A DNA stretch of 40,744 bases from Clostridia bacterium (GCA_017549925.1 JAFYNA010000164.1:1-40744), one strand, 5' to 3'; positions 20,585 to 28,012 are shown, numbered from the stretch's first letter. The notes: generated by a model not told the origin, from the sequence alone. Numbers and translations are program-made.

Positions 20585-22207
20585 ATGAAAAAGAAAAAAT
20601 TGGTAGTGAGCAATTCCATTCACCAAATACAAAAAAGGATCTTCTCAACCCAGTTTATTCTGATTATATTGCTGGCGGTGGTGCTTGGAGGCGCCGGAAT
20701 ATTGATCAACGTTCGTTTTGAAACGGAAAAGCGAGACCGGAACCTGCAGAATATTTCCCTGGCGATCGCTTCTTCTCCGTTGCTTGACGATATGGTTGAC
20801 GGAACCGGAGCCGGATATTTAACCGAATATTTCGATTCTCTCCAAAAATCCTTGGGGGACATTGACGCCATCTCCATTGTCAGCGGGGACAACGTGCGAT
20901 TGTATCATTCCAACCACGATTTGATAGGAACGGTATATGACGGAACGTTGCCCATCTTTGAGGACAACGCGTTTTACGCCGAGGATAATGACGGCCCCTC
21001 GGGAAAGCAACGCCGCGCCTATGCCGCCATTTATGATCAGGACGGAAATTACGTTGGCTTCGTTATCACGGTGATGCTGCAGGAAAGCATCAAAAAAGAA
21101 ACGCTTCAAACGCTGTTGATATTCTTTCTGATTACCGTTGTTGCCGTTTTGATGGAGATGATCATTTCGGCAGAGCTTTCGGAGAGCATCAAAAAGAAGC
21201 TTCACGGCTATGAACCGGATGTTTTTTCCGCCATGTATCAAGTGCGGGACAATATTTTGGAATCCCTGGCGGAAGGGGTGGTTGCCATTGACAAAAACGG
21301 CGTGCTGCAGTTTATCAATACCTCTGCGATGAAGATGCTGGGATGCAACGAGCAATCGGCAGAGAAGGATATCGTGGGGCAGCCGTTGCAAACCATTTGC
21401 GACCCCTCTGTGTTCGAAAACACGCTTTCCATGGGTGAAAAAGAATTCGGCGCGCACGAAGCCCGTCTGAAAAACACCAATCTTCTCATAGACCGTATCC
21501 CCATTCGAAAGAACAACGAGATCATCGGCGCGGTGGGGATCCTGCACAACCGAGAGGAATATATCAAATTGATGGAGGATCTTGCGGGAACGAGATATCT
21601 GGTGGATTCCATGAGAGCCAACAATCACGATTTCACCAACAAGCTCCACGTGATTCTGGGGCTTCTGCAAATGGAGCTATACGATAAGGCTTCTGCTTAT
21701 ATCGAAAACATCACCATTGTGCAGAGGGAAACCATCAGTAAAATTATGTCGGCAATCTCCGAGCCTGCCGTAGCGGCTTTGCTCATCGGCAAATCGGCGC
21801 GGGCATCGGAGTTGAACGTGAAGTTTATTTTAGAAGAAGGCTCGGTCTTTTCCAAGAGCGACAACAAGATCCCCGTTGAAACGCTGATCACCGTGATCGG
21901 CAACCTCATCGACAACGCCTTTGACGGGATGAACGAAGCATCCGGAGATTTTGATAAGCCGAAGGAATTGCTGTTTGGCATTTATTCCAAGCAAGGCTCC
22001 CTTTTGATCACGGTAAACGATACGGGGGTGGGGATCAAGGAAGAGGATCTCAAAAGCGTGTTCCGAAACGGTTATTCTACCAAAGGCGAAGGCAGAGGAA
22101 CGGGGCTGTATCAAGTGAAGCGAATGGTGGAAAATCTGGGCGGCGAAATATCCCTTGCATCGCAATTCGGCATGGGAACCTCGGTTACGGTCAGCATCGG
22201 TAAATAA
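20585..22207 (+). CDS. sensor histidine kinase, CitA/DcuS family
   Basis: ORF 20546..22207; the ATG at 20585 lies 8 nt after GGGAGG. Two TM helices flank an extracytoplasmic sensor domain, followed by a cytoplasmic PAS domain. The H-box NHDFTNKLHVILGLLQ is SpoOB-like, and the ATPase boxes are GNLIDNAFDG, DTGVGI and GRGTGL. Confidence 0.9.
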   Translation: MKKKKLVVSNSIHQIQKRIFSTQFILIILLAVVLGGAGILINVRFETEKRDRNLQNISLAIASSPLLDDMVDGTGAGYLTEYFDSLQKSLGDIDAISIVSGDNVRLYHSNHDLIGTVYDGTLPIFEDNAFYAEDNDGPSGKQRRAYAAIYDQDGNYVGFVITVMLQESIKKETLQTLLIFFLITVVAVLMEMIISAELSESIKKKLHGYEPDVFSAMYQVRDNILESLAEGVVAIDKNGVLQFINTSAMKMLGCNEQSAEKDIVGQPLQTICDPSVFENTLSMGEKEFGAHEARLKNTNLLIDRIPIRKNNEIIGAVGILHNREEYIKLMEDLAGTRYLVDSMRANNHDFTNKLHVILGLLQMELYDKASAYIENITIVQRETISKIMSAISEPAVAALLIGKSARASELNVKFILEEGSVFSKSDNKIPVETLITVIGNLIDNAFDGMNEASGDFDKPKELLFGIYSKQGSLLITVNDTGVGIKEEDLKSVFRNGYSTKGEGRGTGLYQVKRMVENLGGEISLASQFGMGTSVTVSIGK

Positions 22208-22221
22208 AGGGTGGTGGGAAA

Positions 22222-22902
22222 ATGTATTATAAGGTTTTAATCGTTGAGGACGACCCAATGGTCTCCATGATCAACGAGCAGTACGTTAATCGGAACAAAG
22301 CCTTTCATGTCGTGGGAAAATGCAAGGACGGAAAGAGTGCGTTGGAATACCTCGAAAGCAACCACGTTGATCTGATCGTTCTGGATGTGTATATGCCTCA
22401 GATGGACGGCTTTGAGACCCTGCGCCAGATCCGCAAAAACAAAAAGCCGGTGGATATTATCATGGTAACGGCGGCAAATGACCGCGCATCCTTGGAGGAG
22501 GCGTTGCATCTGGGGGTGGTAGATTATCTTGTCAAGCCCTTTACCTATGATCGCTTCCGCATTGCGCTGGATAAGTACGTTTCCCACCTTGCTGCGCTTA
22601 AGGATCTGGATACTCTCAATCAGAAAAACATCGATTTCATCATCGAGAACGCACACAAAAAGAGCGAAGAGCTTTATCCCAAGGGCATACAGGAAAAAAC
22701 CTTGCAGACCATTCTCGGCGAAATCAAAAAGAACCCGTCGAAATGGATGACGGGGGATGAGATTGCCGATCTTGTGGGGCTGACGGGGGTTACCGTCAGA
22801 AGATATCTCAACCACCTTGCCGAGAAAGGGATCCTTCTTTCCGAAATCGACTACGTAACGGGCGGCAGACCGTGTATGCGGTACAAATTGACAGAGCGTT
22901 AA
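22222..22902 (+). CDS. response regulator, CitB/DcuR family
   Basis: Receiver domain (VLIVEDDP, LIVLDVYMP, K in VKPF) plus a C-terminal HTH (ADLVGLTGVTVRRYLNHL). Confidence 0.9.
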   Translation: MYYKVLIVEDDPMVSMINEQYVNRNKAFHVVGKCKDGKSALEYLESNHVDLIVLDVYMPQMDGFETLRQIRKNKKPVDIIMVTAANDRASLEEALHLGVVDYLVKPFTYDRFRIALDKYVSHLAALKDLDTLNQKNIDFIIENAHKKSEELYPKGIQEKTLQTILGEIKKNPSKWMTGDEIADLVGLTGVTVRRYLNHLAEKGILLSEIDYVTGGRPCMRYKLTER

Positions 22903-22910
22903 CAGCGGCA

Positions 22911-22943
22911 AAAAACCAGATGAGAAAGCCTCATCTGGTTTTT
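22911..22943. terminator. bidirectional intrinsic terminator
   Basis: AAAAACCAGATGAG (22911-22924), a 5-nt loop, then CTCATCTGGTTTTT (22930-22943). Confidence 0.8.
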
Positions 22944-22946
22944 CCT

Positions 22947-23160
22947 TTACCTTTTGTCAAACTCGGGGTTGTAGGCGTAGAAATTCTTGTAGTCCAGATC
23001 GTCCTGGATCAAGCGTATACACTCACCGAACCGCTGGAAGTGCACGATCTCCCGTTCCCGCAGGAAGCGGATGGGGTCTCGCACGTCCCCATCATCGCAG
23101 AAGCGCAGGATATTGTCGTAGGTGGTGCGTGCCTTCTGCTCCGCACACAGATCCTCCTTG
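22947..23160 (-). pseudogene. 3' fragment of a manganese-catalase-type cotJC gene (about the last 70 codons)
   Basis: Aligns to 24616-24829 at an offset of 1669. There are 8 substitutions in 22947-23025 (7 synonymous, 1 Ile/Met), then 119 nt of identity (23026-23144), after which similarity is lost. It lacks the N-terminal two thirds of CotJC. Confidence 0.8.
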
Positions 23161-23175
23161 ATCTTACACATTGCG

Positions 23176-23253
23176 GAGATTTCTCCCCCTTTTCTCCGTA
23201 ATGATAACCCCCCCAAAAACCCCAAAACAAAAAAGACCCTCGGGTCTTTTTTT
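23176..23253. repeat. copy 2 of the bipartite ~78-nt direct repeat; its hairpin terminates the YD-repeat gene
   Basis: Contains GAGATTTCTCCCCCTTTTCTC ... CCCCAAAAC-A6-GACCCTCGGGTC-T7; compare 19429-19505. Confidence 0.6.
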
Positions 23254-23281
23254 GTTGCTTTTTATGTTGCGCCGAAAGCGC

Positions 23282-24463
23282 TTATTCTTCTTGGGGCTTG
23301 TAAGTAAATCTCGGATTGGTGTATTCGGTTTTGGCCTTCACGTTGCCGTCGTTGTCGTATTCGATCTTAAGGGTCATGTTACCGTATTTGTCGTATTCGT
23401 ACTCGGTTCTTTCTTCGTAAGTAGCGTTGCCCTTCTCGTCATAGCCGGTCCAACGGGTCATGTTTCCGTATTCGTCGTATTCGTATTCGCTGTGGTCCAT
23501 AAGGTTGCCGTCGTTACGGCTGATTGAAAGGATCACGTTGCCGTTTTTGTCGTACTTTTGTTCGAACGTAAGATCGTCATACTGGGGGGCGTCGGCGTAG
23601 GCGATGGAAAAGAACGACCAGCCGTCTTCGGTGTACGTGTATTCGGTTTTACCCGTGATCTTTCCGTTTTTGTCATAGCTGACGTGAAGGGTGAGATTTC
23701 CTTTTGTGTCGTATTCGCATTCGTGGCTGGTGGTCACTGCATCGTTTTTGTTATAGTGGATTTCAAAGGTCACGTTGCCATCTTCGTCGTAGTCGTATAC
23801 GGTGCGGGACTCCACTTCTCCCTCTTCGTCGTAGTAGATCACAAGGGTTTTGTTATTATTCTCGTCGTACTCGCATCTGTAGCGGCTCTTGAACCGATCC
23901 TTTTCATCATAAGTGGTTTCTTGAAGCACGTTGCCGTTTGAATCGTATTCGTATTCGTGTTTGGAGGTGGAATTGGTGACAACGTGATCGATGGTTTTAA
24001 AGCCGGTTGACAGGGTCACATTGCCATATTCGTCGTATTCTCGTTCAACTTTTCTCATAACCTCCCCGTTTTTGTTGTAGGCTATCAAAAGGATCTCGTT
24101 GCCGTTTTCGTCATACGCATATTCGATTCTGGAGCCGGCGACACCGCCTTTTCCGAAACTTTGCTCAAGTGTCAGGTTATCGTTTTCGTCGTAGGTGTAT
24201 TCCTTTTTGGATTGAATCTCCCCAGCGCCGTTGGTAATGGTATAGGAATCGTAAATGGTCACGAAGTTCTCAAGGAGATCTTTGCTGTCCTTGAAATCCT
24301 CGCATTTTTTCAAGTGAGAATATGCTTCATTATAGTTCTTTTCTTCTATCAGCGAGAGGGCGCGGGAGTAATGATACCGCGGAAGCAGGAGCACCGCTGC
24401 CGCAACGATAAGGACCACGGCTAACACAAGGGCGATCAGGGCGATCAAGAGCTTCTTTTTCAT
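23282..24463 (-). CDS. membrane-anchored YD-repeat (RHS-repeat-like) protein without a toxin domain
   Basis: N-terminal TM helix (LLIALIALVLAVVLIVAAAVLLL), followed by about a dozen units of the type EYxYDxxGNxxL (EYAYDENGN, EYEYDSNGN, EYEYDKYGN ...). AAGGAGG RBS. The gene is visibly AT-richer than the flanks. Confidence 0.8.
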   Translation of the reverse strand: MKKKLLIALIALVLAVVLIVAAAVLLLPRYHYSRALSLIEEKNYNEAYSHLKKCEDFKDSKDLLENFVTIYDSYTITNGAGEIQSKKEYTYDENDNLTLEQSFGKGGVAGSRIEYAYDENGNEILLIAYNKNGEVMRKVEREYDEYGNVTLSTGFKTIDHVVTNSTSKHEYEYDSNGNVLQETTYDEKDRFKSRYRCEYDENNNKTLVIYYDEEGEVESRTVYDYDEDGNVTFEIHYNKNDAVTTSHECEYDTKGNLTLHVSYDKNGKITGKTEYTYTEDGWSFFSIAYADAPQYDDLTFEQKYDKNGNVILSISRNDGNLMDHSEYEYDEYGNMTRWTGYDEKGNATYEERTEYEYDKYGNMTLKIEYDNDGNVKAKTEYTNPRFTYKPQEE

Positions 24464-24498
24464 AGAAAATCCTCCTTAACTCCGATTTTGGTATTTTC

Positions 24499-24527
24499 AT
24501 TATAACCGTTTCCCACGGGAAAGTCAA
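24499..24527 (-). promoter_or_regulatory. near-consensus promoter of the YD-repeat gene
   Basis: On the minus strand: TTGACT (24527-24522), 17-nt spacer, TATAAT (24504-24499). The spacer contains the inverted repeat TTCCC-AC-GGGAA (24510-24521). Confidence 0.6.
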
Positions 24528-24615
24528 CCGCTTTTGGGATGTTTTACTATTGTTAACAATCGTAAAGGCGTCGAAAGAGCAGATGGGGAACCCACCTGCT
24601 CTCTCTTTTGTGCGT

Positions 24616-24829
24616 TTATCTCTTGTCGAACTCGGGGTTGTAGGCGTAGAAATTCTTGTAGTCCAGATCATCCTGGATCAGCCGCATACACTCGCCGAAC
24701 CGCTGGAAGTGCACGATCTCCCGTTCCCGCAGGAAGCGGATGGGGTCTCGCACGTCCCCATCATCGCAGAAGCGCAGGATATTGTCGTAGGTGGTGCGTG
24801 CCTTCTGCTCCGCGCCCATATCCTCCGAG
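24616..24829 (-). repeat. resident copy of the ~210-bp cotJC 3' direct repeat
   Basis: See pseudogene 22947-23160; both copies have the same orientation, and the pair flanks the YD-repeat gene. Confidence 0.8.
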
Positions 24830-25215
24830 AGATCGGTGATGGCGTCTCCCTTGGACTGGAGATAGGATGCGGTGAAGGGCACCCCTGCGGCAGAAACGGG
24901 GTAGATGCCGGTGGTGTGATCCACAAAATAGGCATCAAAGCCCGCCTCCTTGATCTGCTCCGGGGTGAGATTGCGGGTCAGCTGGTAAACGATGGCGCCG
25001 ATCATTTCAAGATGAGCAAGCTCCTCGGTGCCGATGTCAGTCAGTGCGCCGATCACGTTCTTGTTGGGCATGGTGTACCGCTGGGAAAGATACCGCAGAG
25101 AGGCTCCCAGCTCGCCGTCGGGGCCGCCAAACTGAGTGATGATCAGCTTTGCCAGGGCGGGGTTGGGGTTCTTAATATTCACGGGGTACTGAAGTTTTTT
25201 CTCATACGACCACAT
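24616..25215 (-). CDS. cotJC: spore coat protein CotJC (manganese catalase family)
   Basis: ORF 24616..25251. I prefer the ATG at 25215 (MWSYEKKLQYPV), which lies 1 nt after the cotJB stop with AAGGAGAA upstream. ELAHLEM and REREIVHFQRF are di-metal EXXH motifs. Confidence 0.9.
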   Translation of the reverse strand: MWSYEKKLQYPVNIKNPNPALAKLIITQFGGPDGELGASLRYLSQRYTMPNKNVIGALTDIGTEELAHLEMIGAIVYQLTRNLTPEQIKEAGFDAYFVDHTTGIYPVSAAGVPFTASYLQSKGDAITDLSEDMGAEQKARTTYDNILRFCDDGDVRDPIRFLREREIVHFQRFGECMRLIQDDLDYKNFYAYNPEFDKR

Positions 25216-25216
25216 A

Positions 25217-25513
25217 TTAAGGTTCTCCTTTCCACGGCCGCGCGTTTTCACCGGGGGTACAGCACTGATTTTGCCAAGGCCAGGAATGCTCTGTCCAGCA
25301 CCAACGGTCGCCGTTTACGCCGAAGGCGGTGAGAGGGCCGTGATCCTTTTCAAAGGCTGTCCGCAGCTCGTCGTATTTCTTTTTGTACGTCTTGTAAAGA
25401 GAAAGCGCCTTGCGGTTTGTGGGGTGGGTGTCCAAATACAGCACCAGCTCGTGGAGGGCAAATCCCGTCTCGCGGATCTTCTGCAGGGCGGATTCATAGG
25501 CTGTGTTGTTCAT
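25217..25513 (-). CDS. cotJB: spore coat protein CotJB
   Basis: FALHELVLYLDTHPTNRKAL...Y is the CotJB signature. The start overlaps the cotJA stop as ATGA, and AGGAGGAAAG lies upstream. Confidence 0.85.
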   Translation of the reverse strand: MNNTAYESALQKIRETGFALHELVLYLDTHPTNRKALSLYKTYKKKYDELRTAFEKDHGPLTAFGVNGDRWCWTEHSWPWQNQCCTPGENARPWKGEP

Positions 25514-25704
25514 CGCGTCTTTCCTCCTACAAAGGGGAAGTTCAGCGAACGGAAGAGGGTACCTTGCGCCAAAGCTTCTTTTTCGTCATAAAGATTTTCA
25601 AAAGGCTGATTGGGCACGTAGGACATGGCAAGGGAGATCTTTGCGGGGAACATACTCTCTTCGAAAGCAAGCATATCCGCCACAAATTGGTCCAAGGGTT
25701 CCAA
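25510..25704 (-). CDS. cotJA: spore coat-associated protein CotJA
   Basis: LAMSYVPNQPFENLYDEKEALAQGTLFRSLNFPF is the CotJA signature. The start is uncertain. The in-frame TTG at 25704 lies 8 nt after a perfect AAGGAGG (25719-25713). The upstream ATG at 25749 and the ORF-track start at 25824 have no RBS. Confidence 0.7.
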   Translation of the reverse strand: MEPLDQFVADMLAFEESMFPAKISLAMSYVPNQPFENLYDEKEALAQGTLFRSLNFPFVGGKTR

Positions 25705-25753
25705 ATCGAAAGCCTCCTTTGTTTGATAATAGAACAGATTGCTGTCCATTGAA

Positions 25754-25761
25754 AGAGTATG
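25754..25761 (-). promoter_or_regulatory. possible mother-cell sigma factor (sigE/sigK-like) -10 box for cotJ
   Basis: The minus strand reads CATACTCT, resembling the CATACA-T -10 element. B. subtilis cotJ is sigE-dependent. I found no clear -35. Confidence 0.3.
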
Positions 25762-25850
25762 AAGAATGACGAAAAATGGTTCTTGATGCGCCGACGAAAG
25801 AAAACGAATCTTAGCAAACCCCAAGACGGTGGATGAGGTTCCGAAAAAGA

Positions 25851-25882
25851 AAAGCGAAGGTTGAAGCTGAACCTTCGCTTTT
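25851..25882. terminator. bidirectional terminator separating the metallophosphoesterase gene from cotJ
   Basis: AAAGCGAAGGTT (25851-25862), an 8-nt loop, then AACCTTCGCTTT (25871-25882). An A-run lies upstream and a T-rich stretch downstream. Confidence 0.75.
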
Positions 25883-25900
25883 GATTTGTTGCTTGATAGT

Positions 25901-27907
25901 TTATTCCTCTACGGTGGTAACAGATACCATGTTGGTGGCGGGGTCGAAGTGGACGCGGATATTGCTGTTATACAGAGAACGGGTGTTGATGTTGGCGACA
26001 CCGTAATCCTCTACCGTTCCTTGGGAGAGCATATCCACCAGCTCGTAATTGGGTGCGCCGTGGCTGGTGATGGCAAAGCCGCCTTCGGGAATGACGATCT
26101 CAAACAGGGTGTAGCCGATGCCGCCGCTTGCCCAGTCGTTGGCAAAGCCGTCCAACAGCTGAATGGCGGGGTTGTTCTGATAGTTGGAGGAATACACCGG
26201 GTGGGTGTAATAGCTGGAGCCCATGGGGCCGCCGTAGCCGCTGAGAGGCCAAAGCACGGCGTAGGCGATTCTGCCCTCGGCATCCACCACGATGTAATAT
26301 CTCCAGCCGTTACCGATCCAATTGCCCTCTCCCTTAGAGGCATCGGTCACGTATTTGATCTTGGTGCCTGCTTCCGTCCAAACAGCCACGGCATCGCCGC
26401 CCGCGTCCTTATTGACGGTGGAGACCTTTACACCCTTGGGTGCGTTGGGGTCAACGGGGATGTCTGCGGTGGAGACGGTGAGGGTATTCTTGGCAGGATC
26501 ATAAACAAAGGTGCAGGTCTTTGCCGTTACGCTGTCGAAGATCAAGGTCTTGCCGTCGGGGCAGTAGAAGCCGCCCTTGTATTGGGCAGAGGTTGCCACC
26601 TTGAATTCGCCCGTGAACGTGGTGCTGTCGGTGGTGAGGCGCACGCCCTCAAAGGCGAAGAGAATGGAGTTGCCGTAGCTGAAGTTGCGGGAGACGGTAT
26701 AAGTGCCGTCGGCTTCGTTGTAGACGGCGGAATCGTCAAAGGTTCCCCAATAGGTCAGACCAAGGCCGTCTCCCTTCTCGGTGCAGACCTCGGTGGTGAA
26801 GTTGAAGTCCTTGTCAAAGACGTAGACGTAGGTTTTGCGGGGGAGGTCGTTGTCCTCAAACAAGGTGGAGAAGCCCGTCTGGGGGCCAAAGCCCAAAACG
26901 ATGCCGTCCATTTTCACCTGGAAATCAAAGGTGTGGGCGTGGCCGCAGAAGAAGGCGACGGTACTGCCGACTTCCTTCATGGCCTCAAACATACCTGTGT
27001 TCTTGTCGGTGGGGCCGCCGGTGAAGATGCCCTCGATCTCGGAGGAGGGAAGCTCCTGCTTGATGACGAAGGAAGCGCCGTTCCCCGCCAGAGCCGCCTT
27101 GTAGGCGGTGTAATACTCGGGGATCTGGATGTGGGAGAACACCACGGAGGGCATGACACCTTCCCCGGTGTAGAGGGCGCTCAGCTTGTCGATCTCCGAT
27201 TTGTACCAAGCGATCTGCCCTTCGGTAAGGGATTCGTAGTTACTTCCGTTGTGAGTGCCCGCATCCAGCAGGATCAATGCGCCAAGCTGCTTGGTGCCGG
27301 TGTTGTTCAGCACGGAAATGGAGAAGTTGCCGTAGCGATTGGCATCCGTTTCCACGTAGCCCGCATCGTACAGCAGGTAGGTGGTCTCGCAGGACTCCAG
27401 ATAGTCGGAAAGGGATTGCTTGTTGTACCCCGCGGCGGTGCCTTCCGCATCGTGGTTGCCGTAGATAAAGGTCCAGGGGGTCTGAAAGCTTTCCATCAGT
27501 TCTACGAATTCCTTCAGCTTTTCCACCCCGGTGGAGAGGATGTTATCTCCCGAGCAGACGATGAGGTCGGGCTTTTCCGTTTCCACCACGTACTGCATAT
27601 ACGCCTTGGTACGTGCGGTCTTGTCGTTGTGGTAGGCGTTGCCCTCGATGCCGAAATGCAGATCGGCAAACTGCGCGATCTTCAGTTCTCCGCTTTCCGG
27701 CATATACACCGCAAGCCCGTTTTCCACTGCGATGGGATCGGAAGTGTCGGTTTGCTCCACCTCAGAGCTTTCTTCGGCGGATGGGGTTTCGGCTTCGGAA
27801 GATCCTCCTTCGGCAGAGGACGTTTCTTCACTTCCGCAGGAAACCAGCGCGGCGGAGAGGGAAAGGGTGAGCAGGATCGCCAAAAGGGTGAAAAGCAGTT
27901 TTTTCAT
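25901..27907 (-). CDS. lipoprotein metallophosphoesterase with a large uncharacterised C-terminal region
   Basis: Signal peptide plus lipobox (LSAALVSCGSEE). Calcineurin-like motifs: ADLHFG, SGDNIL, GNHD, FSHIQIP, GHAHTFDF. About 330 further residues carry no motif I recognise. Confidence 0.85.
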   Translation of the reverse strand: MKKLLFTLLAILLTLSLSAALVSCGSEETSSAEGGSSEAETPSAEESSEVEQTDTSDPIAVENGLAVYMPESGELKIAQFADLHFGIEGNAYHNDKTARTKAYMQYVVETEKPDLIVCSGDNILSTGVEKLKEFVELMESFQTPWTFIYGNHDAEGTAAGYNKQSLSDYLESCETTYLLYDAGYVETDANRYGNFSISVLNNTGTKQLGALILLDAGTHNGSNYESLTEGQIAWYKSEIDKLSALYTGEGVMPSVVFSHIQIPEYYTAYKAALAGNGASFVIKQELPSSEIEGIFTGGPTDKNTGMFEAMKEVGSTVAFFCGHAHTFDFQVKMDGIVLGFGPQTGFSTLFEDNDLPRKTYVYVFDKDFNFTTEVCTEKGDGLGLTYWGTFDDSAVYNEADGTYTVSRNFSYGNSILFAFEGVRLTTDSTTFTGEFKVATSAQYKGGFYCPDGKTLIFDSVTAKTCTFVYDPAKNTLTVSTADIPVDPNAPKGVKVSTVNKDAGGDAVAVWTEAGTKIKYVTDASKGEGNWIGNGWRYYIVVDAEGRIAYAVLWPLSGYGGPMGSSYYTHPVYSSNYQNNPAIQLLDGFANDWASGGIGYTLFEIVIPEGGFAITSHGAPNYELVDMLSQGTVEDYGVANINTRSLYNSNIRVHFDPATNMVSVTTVEE

Positions 27908-27936
27908 AAGCGCACTCCTTGTGTTTTGATAGAATC

Positions 27937-27966
27937 ATTGTACCATAGCGCGTGCCTGTCTGTCAA
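27937..27966 (-). promoter_or_regulatory. promoter of the metallophosphoesterase gene
   Basis: On the minus strand: TTGACA (27966-27961), 18-nt spacer, TG-n-TACAAT (-10 at 27942-27937). Confidence 0.55.
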
Positions 27967-27974
27967 CAGGTTTC

Positions 27975-28003
27975 AAAAAACGCCCCAAAAAGGGGCGTTT
28001 TTT
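27975..28003. terminator. bidirectional intrinsic terminator after the MATE gene
   Basis: AAAAAACGCCCC (27975-27986), an AAAAA loop, then GGGGCGTTTTTT (27992-28003). Confidence 0.8.
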
Positions 28004-28012
28004 ATAGAGCGT

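Noticed and set aside
19429-24829. The AT-richer island, considered as a prophage remnant, transposon or integrative element.
   Set aside because: I could recognise no integrase, transposase, recombinase, terminal inverted repeats, tRNA attachment site or phage genes. The flanking repeats are direct and derive from a terminator region and from cotJC, which points to homologous recombination and not a dedicated mobile element.
24550-25332. A 260-aa plus-strand ORF over the cotJC/cotJB region.
   Set aside because: It is antisense to genes with strong CotJC and CotJB signatures and tight translational coupling on the minus strand.
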